A stretch of 64,000 bases of DNA. It comes from Minisyncoccota bacterium. Lineage in GTDB: Bacteria; Patescibacteriota; Minisyncoccia; Phycocordibacterales; CAIJYI01. The stretch is taken from contig JALNYN010000005.1 in assembly GCA_023229825.1 (NCBI GenBank), forward strand, positions 1,933 to 65,932. Reading direction: 5' to 3'. Below, piece by piece: positions 9,770 to 20,102 of this stretch. The notes beneath the pieces were generated by a model that saw nothing but the letters and a program-made list of their open reading frames with translations, had not been told where the DNA came from and did not search any database. Within the stretch, counting starts at the first letter, position 1. Each line of letters begins with the position of its first letter. Made by a program: the position numbers and the translations under genes.

Positions 9770-10711
9770 TTATTTTGCACGCATTTCTCTGACTCCGCGC
9801 AGCATTTCTTTGACCATTTTATCGAGATCGAATTGGTGTTTCCATTTCCAGTCTTTTCTGGCGCTTTTGTCGTCGATGCTTTTTGGCCAGGAATCCGCGA
9901 TACTTTGGCGGAAGTCGGGCAGGTATTTTATTTTGAGCGGTACGCCGGCTTTCCGTATCGCGTCCGCGAGCGTTGCCGGAGTGAAGCTCACCGCCGCGAG
10001 ATTATAGCTGGTTCTGATGGCGATCTTTTTCGGATCCGCGTCCATGATCTCGAGCGTTGCGCGGATGGCATCATCGATGTACATCATCGGAAGCGCAGTA
10101 TCTTTTTTCAAAAAACAAACGTACTCGCCGGTCTCGATCGCTTTCCAAAAAATGTCGACAGCGTAATCTGTCGTGCCGCCGCCCGGAAGGGTTTTCCAGC
10201 TGATAACGCCCGGATAGCGCACGCTCCTGACATCAACGCCGAATTTGTTGAAATAATATTGGCAGAGCAATTCTCCTGCGACTTTAGTTACTCCATACAT
10301 CGTACCGGGTTCAAGCACGGTTCGCTGAGGAGTGTTTTCTCTCGGTGTAGTTTTTCCGAACGCCGCGATCGAGCTTGGCCAGAAAACCTTGAGATCGTAT
10401 TCGCGCGCCAGATCAAGAATGTTTCTGAGTCCGTCCATATTCACTTTCCATGCGAGCTCAGGATTATTTTCACCGACGGCGGAGAGGAGGGAAACGAGAT
10501 GGTAGACCGTTCCGATGTTATGTTCGATGACGATATTTCGCAAGAGCTCTTTGTCGGTAATGTCTCCGATCACCGAAATGCCCTTGAAATTCGGGTCGAG
10601 CCTTTTGTCGAACGCTACGACGAGACTTTTTCCGGATCTTTTTTCAAGCGCTGCGATAAGTTCCGAGCCTATTTGTCCGAAAGCGCCTGTAACGAGAATA
10701 TTTTTTTTCAT
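9770..10711 (-). CDS. Extended SDR, L-threonine 3-dehydrogenase-like (NAD-dependent epimerase family)
   Basis: TGAFGQIG, LLSAVGE, PSSIAAFG, YGVTK, GGGTTDYAV, RQSIADSWP. Confidence 0.88.
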   Translation of the reverse strand: MKKNILVTGAFGQIGSELIAALEKRSGKSLVVAFDKRLDPNFKGISVIGDITDKELLRNIVIEHNIGTVYHLVSLLSAVGENNPELAWKVNMDGLRNILDLAREYDLKVFWPSSIAAFGKTTPRENTPQRTVLEPGTMYGVTKVAGELLCQYYFNKFGVDVRSVRYPGVISWKTLPGGGTTDYAVDIFWKAIETGEYVCFLKKDTALPMMYIDDAIRATLEIMDADPKKIAIRTSYNLAAVSFTPATLADAIRKAGVPLKIKYLPDFRQSIADSWPKSIDDKSARKDWKWKHQFDLDKMVKEMLRGVREMRAK

Positions 10712-10731
10712 AATAAAAATATTGATTATTG

Positions 10732-11337
10732 CTATGCCGATTGCCGGTAGTTGAACTCTATTTTTGCGTCGCGAAGCCGTTCGAGGATCTTTTTTTGAGA
10801 GAACAGTTCTTCGGACCTAAAGAATATTATTTCTATTAAATGCCAGCCGAATACCCACCCGCCGATTATCAGACCTTCGGCCAGAAAAGAGAATTTCGCG
10901 TAGAGCTCATGAGTTTCCAAATATTGAGTGGCGAACGTGCCGGCAAAGAGAAACATAAGTCCGTATATTCCGCAGGTGATCGCATGATTCGCAGTTTTGC
11001 GAATTTTGTTGTTCTGCTTGCGTATTTCGTAATTAAAATAGTTCAAAAAACCTTGGATGCTTTTTTCTTCTTTTTCGGCATCTTTGAGATTTTCCGGAAT
11101 ATTGAACACGATGCATATATTGTATTTCGGAGAGATATCTTCGACGCTTGATTCTAGGAATTCGAAAAGTTCTTCGTCGAGATCTCGATTAGTGATCGGA
11201 GAGAAATCCCATTCATTATACAATTCGCGATAAAAATCGATCTCTACGTCGATATAACAGGTGTTCAGTTCCTTTGAATATCGATAGAGGTCTTTGCTGC
11301 GCTGTTTTTGAAATATGCGAAAAATAGTATTTATCAT
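10732..11337 (-). CDS. Conserved hypothetical membrane protein (2 C-terminal TM helices)
   Basis: Long ORF; YNEWDFSP..RDLD motif; EGLIIGGWV TM segment. Confidence 0.7.
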   Translation of the reverse strand: MINTIFRIFQKQRSKDLYRYSKELNTCYIDVEIDFYRELYNEWDFSPITNRDLDEELFEFLESSVEDISPKYNICIVFNIPENLKDAEKEEKSIQGFLNYFNYEIRKQNNKIRKTANHAITCGIYGLMFLFAGTFATQYLETHELYAKFSFLAEGLIIGGWVFGWHLIEIIFFRSEELFSQKKILERLRDAKIEFNYRQSA

Positions 11338-11441
11338 AAAGAGTATACGAAAGGATCGTATATGGTCATTATGCCACATAAACGGTATTTGTTCAAAATT
11401 TTCATTTTTTGTCCCCTGATACTGATACTTTTCCCCGATAC

Positions 11442-12881
11442 TTAAACTTGGTGGCTTCTCGGGCGGCTTTCGTTCATTCCTTCGCCGGTGATGCGTACGA
11501 ACTCGGCTTTTTTCCAGAATTCTTTTATGTTGCGCGCTCCCGTATAGCTCATTCCCGATTGGAGACCGTCGAGCAGGCCCTGAAGGATTTTTCGCACTTC
11601 GCCTTTGAATGTGACGCGATAGCCGATGCCTTCGGGTGTTCGATCTTGGCGATCGGAATCTTTGTCGCCGCGCAAAACCATATCGATCGACGCGTCGCGC
11701 GATGCCAGTCCGCGATAGATCTTAAAGGCTTCGCCTCCTTCGATATAATATTCTCCCGGCGATTCTTTCGAACCGGAGAACAGATTGCCGATCATGACCG
11801 TTCCCGCGCCCGCTGCGATGGCTTTTGCCAGATCGCCGGAATTTTTTATGCCTCCATCCGCAATGATGGGGATCTTGAATTTATTCGCCGCTTTTGCGCA
11901 TTCAAGGACGGCGGTGAGCTGGGGAACTCCGGAACCGGCAACTATGCGGGTAGAGCAAGCTGCACCGGGACCGATGCCGATCTTTATCGCGTCAGCGCCC
12001 GCCCGTATGAGATCGATCGTTCCTTCCGCGGTGGCGACATTTCCGGCTACGATATCTATTGATGGAAATTTTTTCTTTAATTTTTTGACGAGATCAATGC
12101 AGGTATTATGATGTCCATGCGCAATATCAATGACGAGCGCATCCACGCCGGCGGCAACAAGAAGTTCTGCGCGTTCCATCCCGTCTTTTACTCCGATCGC
12201 TGCACCGACCAAGAGATGTCCGCGTTTATCTTTTGAAGCATGGGGACTTTCTTTTGTTTTCTTATAATCCGATGCTGTGATCAGCCCGGATAATTTCCCG
12301 TTCTTGTCGACGAGCGGCAGTTTTTCGATCTTATGCTTATCGAGGATCTCGAGCGCTTCAATGTTCCCGATATCGCGGTTCGCCGTGATCATTTTTTCTT
12401 TCGGGGTCATGAGCTTCATGACGGAAACGCTGAGATCGGTTTTAAAACGAATATCTCTCGCGGTAAGAATTCCGAGAATATCGCGTTCGGGGGAACACAC
12501 GATCACTCCGGTCACATGATTTTTCGCCATGAGGTCGAGTGCATCGCGCAAGGTCGCTTCTTTTCGGATGGTTATCGGATCATGAATGAAAAGGCTTTCC
12601 GCTCGTTTTACTCGGCGAACTTCATTAGCCTCCTCTTCCGCGCTTTGAAAACGGTGGATGATCCCCATGCCGCCTTCGCGAGCCATATGGATCGCCATTT
12701 CCGCGCCGGTCACGGTATCCATGTTTGCCGAAACGACCGGCACATTGAGTTTGATCCTTCGCGAGAACATGGTCGACAGATCTATCAGTTTGCGCGAAGG
12801 GATATCCGAATAATGCGGGACGAGAAGAACATCGTCGTACGAGAGAGCGAGGCGAAATGGTTCATTGGTTGTGTTTTTCAT
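11442..12881 (-). CDS. guaB: IMP dehydrogenase with CBS domains
   Basis: [27 protein letters not shown] catalytic Cys, IIADGGI; start ATG 12881. Confidence 0.93.
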   Translation of the reverse strand: MKNTTNEPFRLALSYDDVLLVPHYSDIPSRKLIDLSTMFSRRIKLNVPVVSANMDTVTGAEMAIHMAREGGMGIIHRFQSAEEEANEVRRVKRAESLFIHDPITIRKEATLRDALDLMAKNHVTGVIVCSPERDILGILTARDIRFKTDLSVSVMKLMTPKEKMITANRDIGNIEALEILDKHKIEKLPLVDKNGKLSGLITASDYKKTKESPHASKDKRGHLLVGAAIGVKDGMERAELLVAAGVDALVIDIAHGHHNTCIDLVKKLKKKFPSIDIVAGNVATAEGTIDLIRAGADAIKIGIGPGAACSTRIVAGSGVPQLTAVLECAKAANKFKIPIIADGGIKNSGDLAKAIAAGAGTVMIGNLFSGSKESPGEYYIEGGEAFKIYRGLASRDASIDMVLRGDKDSDRQDRTPEGIGYRVTFKGEVRKILQGLLDGLQSGMSYTGARNIKEFWKKAEFVRITGEGMNESRPRSHQV

Positions 12882-12887
12882 TCGTGA

Positions 12888-12916
12888 ATTATAACGAATA
12901 TCCAGATTTGTGTCAA
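12888..12916 (-). promoter_or_regulatory. Sigma70 promoter giving a leaderless guaB mRNA
   Basis: TTGACA-17 nt-TATAAT, then 6 nt to ATG on the minus strand. Confidence 0.75.
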
Positions 12917-12988
12917 AAACTTCTTGGCTCGAGATGAATATGAAATAAAAAAATCCGACGAAATTTTCATTCGTCGGATACTCAGGTA

Positions 12989-13765
12989 TTACTTGCAGGC
13001 AGCGCACGGATATCTCTCGAGTTTATTATATCCGCCATCGTTGTTTTGCTTCCAAACATTGAATCGAAGAATTTTTCGATCCGGATGAGCCTTCATATTG
13101 AGGACGATGGAGGCGGAAACTCCCCAAACCAATTCATCGCCGTCCGGACCAAGCCATTTCATCGGGATCGGCTCCTTTGGCTCGTCTGCCTTGATAAGTT
13201 CGCTGACCAGGATCTGGATCGCCAGATCATGTCCGGTACTGATCCGATAAAGCGAATCGCGATTGTAACGCGGCGCTTCGAGGGCGGGAGGCGTATGCTG
13301 TTCCGGCAGCGGTTGTTCTTTCCCGTTAAGGGTTAAACGAAGGGGTTCCTTTTGTTTTAGCGGAACCTTTTTCAATTTTACCTCGCTACCTGCCGTCGGA
13401 CGTTCCGTATTGTATTGAACCGCATTTTCTCTTCGGATCTTAACGGTTGAGGCAAAACGATAGCGCGGTTTGTCGTCGCCCCATTCTTTGGAGTAGACAT
13501 AAAAATTCAATCCAAAGTCGGTTACCGGAAGATCCAAGGCTCCGGCTGACATTTCGTCCGTTAAAGATTCGATCATCTTCCAGCTTGTTTCGACAAGACC
13601 GTGAGAATCTTTCTCAAACTTTTTCGGAAGTCCAACGGCTTCCGTCGGATCTATTCTTGTGTGTCCAACGTTCATTTCGTAAATTTTTTCCGCCGATCTC
13701 GGATCGAGCGGCTGAAGATACCATTTTCGCCGTTTGAAACGGACGCGAGCGATTAATGCAGACAT
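12989..13765 (-). CDS. Hypothetical protein
   Basis: 258-aa ORF, SD-like GAGG upstream, hairpin downstream (about 12950-12980); no recognised domain. Confidence 0.7.
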   Translation of the reverse strand: MSALIARVRFKRRKWYLQPLDPRSAEKIYEMNVGHTRIDPTEAVGLPKKFEKDSHGLVETSWKMIESLTDEMSAGALDLPVTDFGLNFYVYSKEWGDDKPRYRFASTVKIRRENAVQYNTERPTAGSEVKLKKVPLKQKEPLRLTLNGKEQPLPEQHTPPALEAPRYNRDSLYRISTGHDLAIQILVSELIKADEPKEPIPMKWLGPDGDELVWGVSASIVLNMKAHPDRKILRFNVWKQNNDGGYNKLERYPCAACK

Positions 13766-13854
13766 CGATAATACCTCACGATTCGAGTGTTAAAAAGCAT
13801 TGTTTCTAATAAAAATTATATCATGTATGTTTAAAAATAGCAAGGCAGAGCCGG

Positions 13855-13882
13855 TTGACATAGGATGTTTTCGATGTAGTAT
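13855..13882 (+). promoter_or_regulatory. Sigma70-type promoter of the oor operon
   Basis: TTGACA-16 nt-TAGTAT; AAGGAG before ATG 13937. Confidence 0.55.
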
Positions 13883-13936
13883 CAATTTAGATTGCGTACT
13901 TTGAAAAATCGCCTCGTCGGGTGAAGGAGTTTGTTC

Positions 13937-14311
13937 ATGAACGAAATACAAAACGAACCGCAAAAGCAGGAAACAAAAACAGAACCGATTTGGGTCATTA
14001 AAGGATATTGCAAATCCTGCAAAAAATGCGTCTATGCCTGTCCGGCCGGAGTACTTTCGATGGCCGAGGTCAAAGAAGCGATACCTGGCTGTATGATCTC
14101 AGTCGATCGGCCCGATCTATGCATCGGATGCCGGCATTGCGAATACGCTTGTCCAGACCGCGCCATTTCGGTGGCGGAAAAAAATGAATTTCCTTTTGCG
14201 AAGAAAATAACGCCGGAAGCGAAAGAGCGCCAGACAAAAATACTGGCGAACGATTGCCAATCACTATCAACAGGAGAAAAAGATGAGAAAGCTGAAAGCG
14301 AACGGCAATGA
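13937..14311 (+). CDS. oorD: 2-oxoglutarate:acceptor oxidoreductase delta subunit (2x[4Fe-4S] ferredoxin)
   Basis: CKSCKKCVYACP and CIGCRHCEYACP; first gene of the operon. Confidence 0.85.
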   Translation: MNEIQNEPQKQETKTEPIWVIKGYCKSCKKCVYACPAGVLSMAEVKEAIPGCMISVDRPDLCIGCRHCEYACPDRAISVAEKNEFPFAKKITPEAKERQTKILANDCQSLSTGEKDEKAESERQ

Positions 14312-15419
14312 ACTTATCGCACTCGCGGCGGAAGATGCCGGATGTACGTTTTTTGCCGGTTACCCCATCACTCCTTCGTCGGAGGTGATGAGCATACTGT
14401 CGAAAAGATTTCCGCTCATTGAACGGAAATTCATTCAAATGGAAGACGAGATCGGCTCTATCTGTGCCGCGATCGGAGCATCGTTAACCGGAAAGAGATC
14501 CATGACGAACACGTCGGGACCCGGAATGTCGCTCAAAGCGGAACAGATCGGTCAGGCGCACATGGCGGAAATTCCGCTCGTTATCGTGAATGTCATGAGA
14601 GGAGGACCGGCAACGGGGCTTCCCACGCGAACTTCGCAAGGCGACGTGCTTCAATCGAGAGCGCCGACGCATGGAGATGTGAAGACGATCGTTCTCGCTC
14701 CGTCCACGACGTCCGAATGCTATACGGAAACCGTCCGAGCTTTCAATTTGGCTGAACGGTTCATGCAGCCGGTGATCTTATTATCGGATGAAACGCTCGC
14801 GCATACGTCGAGAGATGTTTTGATCCCCGATCTTTCGGAAATACAAAAAACGCTCGTGACGCGAAGAGTGAACTATCTCAGTGATTATCAGCCCTGCGAT
14901 GTCAAAGATGACGAACCGGCGATACTCAATCCGTTTTTCACGGGAAAGCCGTACCACATTACCGGACTTTTTCATGACAAAACCGATTTTCCGACGGAAA
15001 AGCCCGATCTGTGCCAGCAATTGATCGACCGCCAGTTCAGAAAGGTCGACAATCATCTGCGCGATATCGAAAAAGTTGAAAAATATCGGTATGACGATGC
15101 GGATTACCTTATTGTTTGTTACGGATCGGTATATTTGTCCGCGCGCGATGCGGCGGATACGCTTCGGAAAGAAGGTCTTCACGTCGGAATATTTTGTCCG
15201 AAAACATTATGGCCGAGTCCGGTGAAACGGCTCGAAGATGCATCAAAGAAGTTCGATGCTTCAAATATCCTGGTGGTGGAAATGAACAAAGGCCAATATC
15301 TGCGGGAAGTGGAACGCGCGATGGGAAAACGTCTGCCGTTCCTTTCCAAAGTGAACGGCCGATTATTCGAACCGCCGGAAATTATGAACAAGATTCGGGA
15401 GATGCATCATGGCGTATAA
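14283..15419 (+). CDS. oorA: 2-oxoglutarate:acceptor oxidoreductase alpha subunit
   Basis: FFAGYPITPSSE, QMEDEI, TSGPG, MRGGPATGLPT. Confidence 0.9.
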   Translation: MRKLKANGNELIALAAEDAGCTFFAGYPITPSSEVMSILSKRFPLIERKFIQMEDEIGSICAAIGASLTGKRSMTNTSGPGMSLKAEQIGQAHMAEIPLVIVNVMRGGPATGLPTRTSQGDVLQSRAPTHGDVKTIVLAPSTTSECYTETVRAFNLAERFMQPVILLSDETLAHTSRDVLIPDLSEIQKTLVTRRVNYLSDYQPCDVKDDEPAILNPFFTGKPYHITGLFHDKTDFPTEKPDLCQQLIDRQFRKVDNHLRDIEKVEKYRYDDADYLIVCYGSVYLSARDAADTLRKEGLHVGIFCPKTLWPSPVKRLEDASKKFDASNILVVEMNKGQYLREVERAMGKRLPFLSKVNGRLFEPPEIMNKIREMHHGV

Positions 15420-16848
15420 TTACGATTCAAAATTAAGAAAGGAACGTCTGCCGACTCAATGGTGTCCGGGCTGCGGAAACGGAATAGTCTTGAATGCTAT
15501 TATCCGCGCTATGGACACCATGGGATGGAAAAAAGAAGATGTTTGCCTGGTCTCAGGTATCGGATGTTCCGGACGCATGAGTTCGTATATGGATTGTTTT
15601 ACTTTTCATTCGACGCACGGCCGTCCGGTCGCCTATGCCACCGGCATAAAATTCGCGGAACCGGAAAAACCCGTTATTGTGGTTTCCGGGGACGGCGATG
15701 GTCTCGCGATCGGCTTGAGCCATTTCCTGCACGGATGCCGAAGAAATATCGATCTGAAATATATTATCATCAATAACTTCATCTACGGTCTGACCAATTC
15801 TCAAGCGAGCCCAACGACTCCTCTCGGGATGTGGGCGGTCACTCAGCCGTTCGGAAACATCGAAAATACTTTTGATGCCTGCGATCTTGCCATTGCCGCG
15901 AAAGCAACCTTCGTCGCGCGAAGCACCACGCTCGATCTTCTCAGGTTGGAAAAAGTTCTTACTGCCGCCTTTCAACATAAAGGGTTCAGTTTTGTGGAGA
16001 TCCTTTCAGGGTGTCCGGTAAACTTCGGACGAAAGAACGACATGGGTGCTCCGAAAGAGATGGATGATTGGATAGGTTCGATCGGTGTGCCGAGCGCTCG
16101 GTGGCAAACGCTTTCCGAAGAAGAAAAAGAAGGGAAGTTCCCGGTCGGCATACTGAAACAAACCGCCGGCGCAAAAGAATATTGCGAAAAATATTCGGAA
16201 CATGTAAAAAAGATCCGAGAAGAAGATCATGGTACGGGAATTTTCTGTGAGACCATCGCGCCGGAAGATCAAGAGAACGAGGAGTGCGATTCCGTCAAAC
16301 GGCAATTTCGTTTTACCGGCGTCGGCGGACAAGGAATAATCTCCGCAGGAGAAATTCTTTGCGAAGCCATGATCAGATCGGGACTTCACTCTGCGACCAG
16401 TCTCGCGATGAATTCTCAAGTTCGAGGAGGTCCGACATCTCGCGATGTATTGTGCGATAAAAAGGAGATCAATTATCCGTACGCCATAAACGGCGAGATC
16501 GAATTCATGCTTTCCGTCGCCGACAGTTCCTATCAGATATACAAAAAAGGAGTCACGCCGGGCGGCATTATCGTGATAGATCCGAACCTTGTTCATGCAT
16601 CAAGCGATGATCGAAAAACGTGGAAAATTCTCGAAATACCGATCGTTGAGATCGCAAAAAAAGAGATCGGAAATATTGCGGCGCAATCGTCTATCGCTCT
16701 CGGCATTGCCGTTTCGATAACGAAATGCGTCAAGGAAGAAATTCTGTTGCAATCCATCACGGAAATGGTTCCGAAAAAATCGATACCAGCGAACATAAAA
16801 GCGTTCAAGCTCGGTATTGAATATGCGGAGAGAGTACTGAAAGAATAA
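15409..16848 (+). CDS. oorB: Fused 2-oxoglutarate:acceptor oxidoreductase beta (TPP-binding) + gamma subunits (oorB-oorC)
   Basis: WCPGCG, SGIGCSGR, GDGDG, NNFIYGLT (beta), then RFTGVGGQG, SQVRGGP (gamma) in one ORF. Confidence 0.9.
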   Translation: MAYNYDSKLRKERLPTQWCPGCGNGIVLNAIIRAMDTMGWKKEDVCLVSGIGCSGRMSSYMDCFTFHSTHGRPVAYATGIKFAEPEKPVIVVSGDGDGLAIGLSHFLHGCRRNIDLKYIIINNFIYGLTNSQASPTTPLGMWAVTQPFGNIENTFDACDLAIAAKATFVARSTTLDLLRLEKVLTAAFQHKGFSFVEILSGCPVNFGRKNDMGAPKEMDDWIGSIGVPSARWQTLSEEEKEGKFPVGILKQTAGAKEYCEKYSEHVKKIREEDHGTGIFCETIAPEDQENEECDSVKRQFRFTGVGGQGIISAGEILCEAMIRSGLHSATSLAMNSQVRGGPTSRDVLCDKKEINYPYAINGEIEFMLSVADSSYQIYKKGVTPGGIIVIDPNLVHASSDDRKTWKILEIPIVEIAKKEIGNIAAQSSIALGIAVSITKCVKEEILLQSITEMVPKKSIPANIKAFKLGIEYAERVLKE

Positions 16849-16863
16849 ATATTCTTTCACAAC

Positions 16864-16892
16864 AGCGGTGGCGGAAAGCCGCCGCTTTTTTT
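16864..16892 (+). terminator. Rho-independent terminator of the oor operon
   Basis: agcggtggc-ggaaa-gccgccgct + T run. Confidence 0.8.
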
Positions 16893-16993
16893 GAACAAAA
16901 ATAATAATGCTTCCCACGCCCTGCTGTAAATTCTAGCATATGCTAGAATTTACAGCAGGCATTTTTTTTATTTTATGTGCTATAATATCGGCT

Positions 16994-17365
16994 ATGGCGA
17001 AAATAAAACCACCTACACCACGCGAAAAACGCAAGGCCTACATTCAAGCTCGTTTGGCGTACTGGAATCAATTTTATGGTTTTTCTTGGAACCGCGTGAC
17101 GATCAAAAATATGCGATCACGTCTCGGAAGCTGTTCGTCGCTCCGCAATCTTAATTTCGCGTCGAAATTATTTTCCTATCCGCCGGAGGTGATCGATTAT
17201 GTGGTTGTTCATGAATTGTGCCATTTGAAAGAAATGAATCACTCCAAAAGATTTTATGATCTCATTGCGCAAACCATTCCCGACTGGAAAGAAAGAAAAG
17301 CGTCTCTGAAAAAACGAGACCTGAGAAAAAGTTTTTCCTTGTTTTTTAGCCGATTTAGACTATAA
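16994..17365 (+). CDS. YgjP/DUF45 (SprT-like) metallopeptidase domain protein
   Basis: GSCS, IDYVVVHELCHL..NHS..F; TGCTATAAT 7 nt before ATG 16994. Confidence 0.85.
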   Translation: MAKIKPPTPREKRKAYIQARLAYWNQFYGFSWNRVTIKNMRSRLGSCSSLRNLNFASKLFSYPPEVIDYVVVHELCHLKEMNHSKRFYDLIAQTIPDWKERKASLKKRDLRKSFSLFFSRFRL

Positions 17366-17387
17366 TTCGGCAATACAAATAAATTCT

Positions 17388-18803
17388 ATGAATATACGAA
17401 AAACCAAGATCGTGGCGACGATCGGCCCGGCTTCATGCTCCGAGCGAGAGCTTACCGGAATGATCAACGCAGGAATGAATGTGGCGCGCCTGAATTTTTC
17501 TCACGGTTCGCACGAGGAGCACTCCGAGGTGATACGGACCATTCGCGACACATCGGAAAAATTGCATATTCCCGTTGCGATCCTTCAGGATCTGTCCGGA
17601 CCGAAGATACGGATCGGAAGTTTTGAAACTGAAACGGTTCATCTCAAAAAAGATGCGGAATTTACGCTGACCACCGAAGCGTTTGTCGGCAGCGAAGAAC
17701 GCGTTTACGTAAATTATAAAAATCTTCCCAAGGAAGTTTCCGAAGGTTCTCACATCATGCTCGATGACGGCAAGATAAAATTAAGGGTGCAATCAGTGAA
17801 GGGCGAAGATATTAAATGCATAGTGGTAAATGGCGGAACGATACGCGGCTCTCGCGGGGTGAATGTTCCGGGAACGAAACTTTCCATCGGCTGTCTGGGA
17901 AAAAAAGACAAAGACGATCTTTTGCTCGGTATCAGAGAGAAAGTCGATTTTGTCGCGCTGTCTTTCGTACAGTCGGCGGAAGATATCCGTCATCTTCGAA
18001 AAATACTGGATGAACATAATTCACGCATTGCCATTATCGCAAAGATCGAAACTGAGGAAGCGGTAAAAAATATTGATGAGATCATTGAAGTATCCGATGG
18101 CATCATGATCGCGAGAGGCGATCTCGCGGTTGAGATACCTGCGGAGGAGGTTCCTCTTGCACAGAAATTGATCATAAAGAAATCCATCATGGCGGGGAAG
18201 CCGGTTATCACCGCGACACAGATGCTCGATTCCATGATCCATTCGCCGGTACCGACGCGCGCGGAAGTGAGCGATGTTTCAAATGCGATCTTGGACGGAA
18301 CGGATGCGATCATGCTTTCAGGAGAAACGGCAACGGGAGATCATCCTGTCCTCACCATAGAAACTATGTCCCGTATTGCTCACCGGACGGAGGAAAGCGA
18401 GCTTTTTCAAGAAGAGGTTAAAAAATTCGTACGCATAACGAAGGGTGTAGCGGATTCTGTCAGTTTGTCTGTTGCCGTGACAGCCGCGAATATCGATGCG
18501 AAAGCGATCATTGCGCTTTCGGAAACCGGGTTCACTCCGCGAATGATCTCGCGCTATAAACCGAGACACCCGATCTTCGTTTTTACGCCGCACATCGAAA
18601 CGAGAAATCGGGCATTGCTCAGCTTTGGATGTTTTCCGGAACTCGGTCCGCATTTCACCGAGCTCTCCGAAGCGGCGGAACATGCGAAAAAATTTTTGAT
18701 ACATCGTAAAAATTTTAAAAAGGGAGATAAGTTCGTTCTCTGTGCCGGAATTCCTTTCGGAAAAAAAGGCAGTACGAATCTGATGCTGGCGCAAAGCATA
18801 TAA
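17388..18803 (+). CDS. pyk: Pyruvate kinase
   Basis: KTKIVATIGPAS, RLNFSHG, AKIE, MIARGDL, ATQML, PTRAEVSD, MLSGETA. Confidence 0.98.
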   Translation: MNIRKTKIVATIGPASCSERELTGMINAGMNVARLNFSHGSHEEHSEVIRTIRDTSEKLHIPVAILQDLSGPKIRIGSFETETVHLKKDAEFTLTTEAFVGSEERVYVNYKNLPKEVSEGSHIMLDDGKIKLRVQSVKGEDIKCIVVNGGTIRGSRGVNVPGTKLSIGCLGKKDKDDLLLGIREKVDFVALSFVQSAEDIRHLRKILDEHNSRIAIIAKIETEEAVKNIDEIIEVSDGIMIARGDLAVEIPAEEVPLAQKLIIKKSIMAGKPVITATQMLDSMIHSPVPTRAEVSDVSNAILDGTDAIMLSGETATGDHPVLTIETMSRIAHRTEESELFQEEVKKFVRITKGVADSVSLSVAVTAANIDAKAIIALSETGFTPRMISRYKPRHPIFVFTPHIETRNRALLSFGCFPELGPHFTELSEAAEHAKKFLIHRKNFKKGDKFVLCAGIPFGKKGSTNLMLAQSI

Positions 18804-18804
18804 A

Positions 18805-18907
18805 ATTAAAAAAGGAAAAATGAAAAAGTAAAAACGACAATTAAAAATTAAAAAGTCCACCATCAACTGTCGTTACTTTTTAATTTTTCATTTTTACTTT
18901 TTAATTT
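18805..18907. repeat. Inverted pair of about 7-nt tandem arrays (TAAAAAT-like)
   Basis: aaaaatgaaaaagtaaaa..ttaaaaattaaaaag faces ctttttaatttttcatttttactttttaa. Confidence 0.6.
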
Positions 18908-18912
18908 GAAAC

Positions 18913-19143
18913 ATGTACATAAAGATCAAAGTCACACCTCATGCAAAAAAAGAAACCTTCGTGAAAATTTCCGAGGATCATTTTGAGGCATCGGTAAAGG
19001 AAAAAGCGGAGCGGAATATGGCAAATAACCGCGTTCGCGAATTGGTCGCGGAGCATTTTGGCATCCTCACCGGAAAAGCGAAACTTATTTCGGGACATCA
19101 TTCGCCGTCAAAAATTTTTTCTGTGGAAATTGATGAGGCGTAA
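18913..19143 (+). CDS. DUF167/YggU family protein
   Basis: IKVTPHAK..VKEKAERNMAN..LISGHHSPSK. Confidence 0.85.
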   Translation: MYIKIKVTPHAKKETFVKISEDHFEASVKEKAERNMANNRVRELVAEHFGILTGKAKLISGHHSPSKIFSVEIDEA

Positions 19144-19221
19144 TTCAGCGATGTTTGTTATAATTATATAATTCACCTTACTCAGATTTTTAAAAATTGA
19201 CATAATTCGTTGTCGTCCGTT

Positions 19222-19319
19222 GCCCGACGGGGTTTGTAACCCCGTTGGAACGTTTGGAAATAACGATGAATGTGGTTTATTACAAACGTTTCGAACGGGG
19301 TCAGAGACCCGCGTCCGGC
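19222..19319. repeat. REP-like paired palindromic element, family B
   Basis: gcccgacggggtttgtaaccccgttggaacgtttg...caaacgtttcgaacggggtcagagacccgcgtccggc. Confidence 0.8.
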
Positions 19320-19367
19320 GGCTATAAAATTTCGTGAGTAAAGTGAATTATATAAAATATATTCATT

Positions 19368-20051
19368 ATGGTAAAAATAATTAAAACATTGCGCATCACG
19401 GCATGGATCTTGATCGCGCTCACGGCGCTGACCTTGCTTTCCGGATTTTTGTCGGTGAAACCATCGGCGCTTCCGTGGCTTCCAAAAGTGGATTCGTATT
19501 ATCTGCATGTCGTCGTATTGCCGCTTCTTTTTGTACCCATTATCTATCTTCATTCGCTCATGGGAATTTTGCTGTTCTTCTCTCGGAATCCGAAGTACGA
19601 TAAGGTACCGCTGAAATCCGCGGCGGCCGGTTTGTGGACGGCGCTTTTTATTCTTTTCGGTTTCTTATACTTTGTTCCAGCTGCCGTTCCGGAAGCGGTA
19701 AACTCGCCCGCTGCATCCGCACAAACCACTCTTGCCGCCGCAGAGATCGCCCGTCACAGTACCGCAAGCGATTGCTGGATAATTATCGGAGGTAAAGTCT
19801 ATGATGTCTCGGGGTACGCGACAGAGCATCCGGGTGGAGCGCAGAATATCGAATCGTTTTGCGGCAAAGATGGGACAGAGGCATTTGCTACGAAAGGGGA
19901 AAAAGGACAGCCTCACTCAGACAGTGCGCAGCAATTCCTGTCATCGATGTATCTCGGCGATATGGGATCGAACATCTCAAAAAGCGTTCTCGAAAAAGCT
20001 CGGTCTGTTCAGTTTCCGGTACAAAGTGAGGATGAGGGAGATGATGATTAA
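19368..20051 (+). CDS. Membrane protein (3 TM) with C-terminal cytochrome b5-like heme-binding domain
   Basis: HSTASDCWIIIGGKVYDVS..HPGG..CGKDGT..F..H. Confidence 0.88.
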   Translation: MVKIIKTLRITAWILIALTALTLLSGFLSVKPSALPWLPKVDSYYLHVVVLPLLFVPIIYLHSLMGILLFFSRNPKYDKVPLKSAAAGLWTALFILFGFLYFVPAAVPEAVNSPAASAQTTLAAAEIARHSTASDCWIIIGGKVYDVSGYATEHPGGAQNIESFCGKDGTEAFATKGEKGQPHSDSAQQFLSSMYLGDMGSNISKSVLEKARSVQFPVQSEDEGDDD

Positions 20052-20061
20052 ATAGAAAAAG

Positions 20062-20090
20062 AAAAGGCGCCGAAAGTTCGGCGCCTTTTT
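20062..20090. terminator. Bidirectional terminator
   Basis: aaaaggcgccgaa-ag-ttcggcgcctttt between convergent genes. Confidence 0.8.
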
Positions 20091-20102
20091 AGTGAACGAT
20101 GA

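Noticed and set aside
9833-10750. 305-aa plus-strand ORF (and similar long antisense ORFs at 58548-59444, 22618-23466, 6389-7093, 11409-12062)
   Set aside because: These are antisense shadows of well-conserved genes, with no motifs or translation signals.
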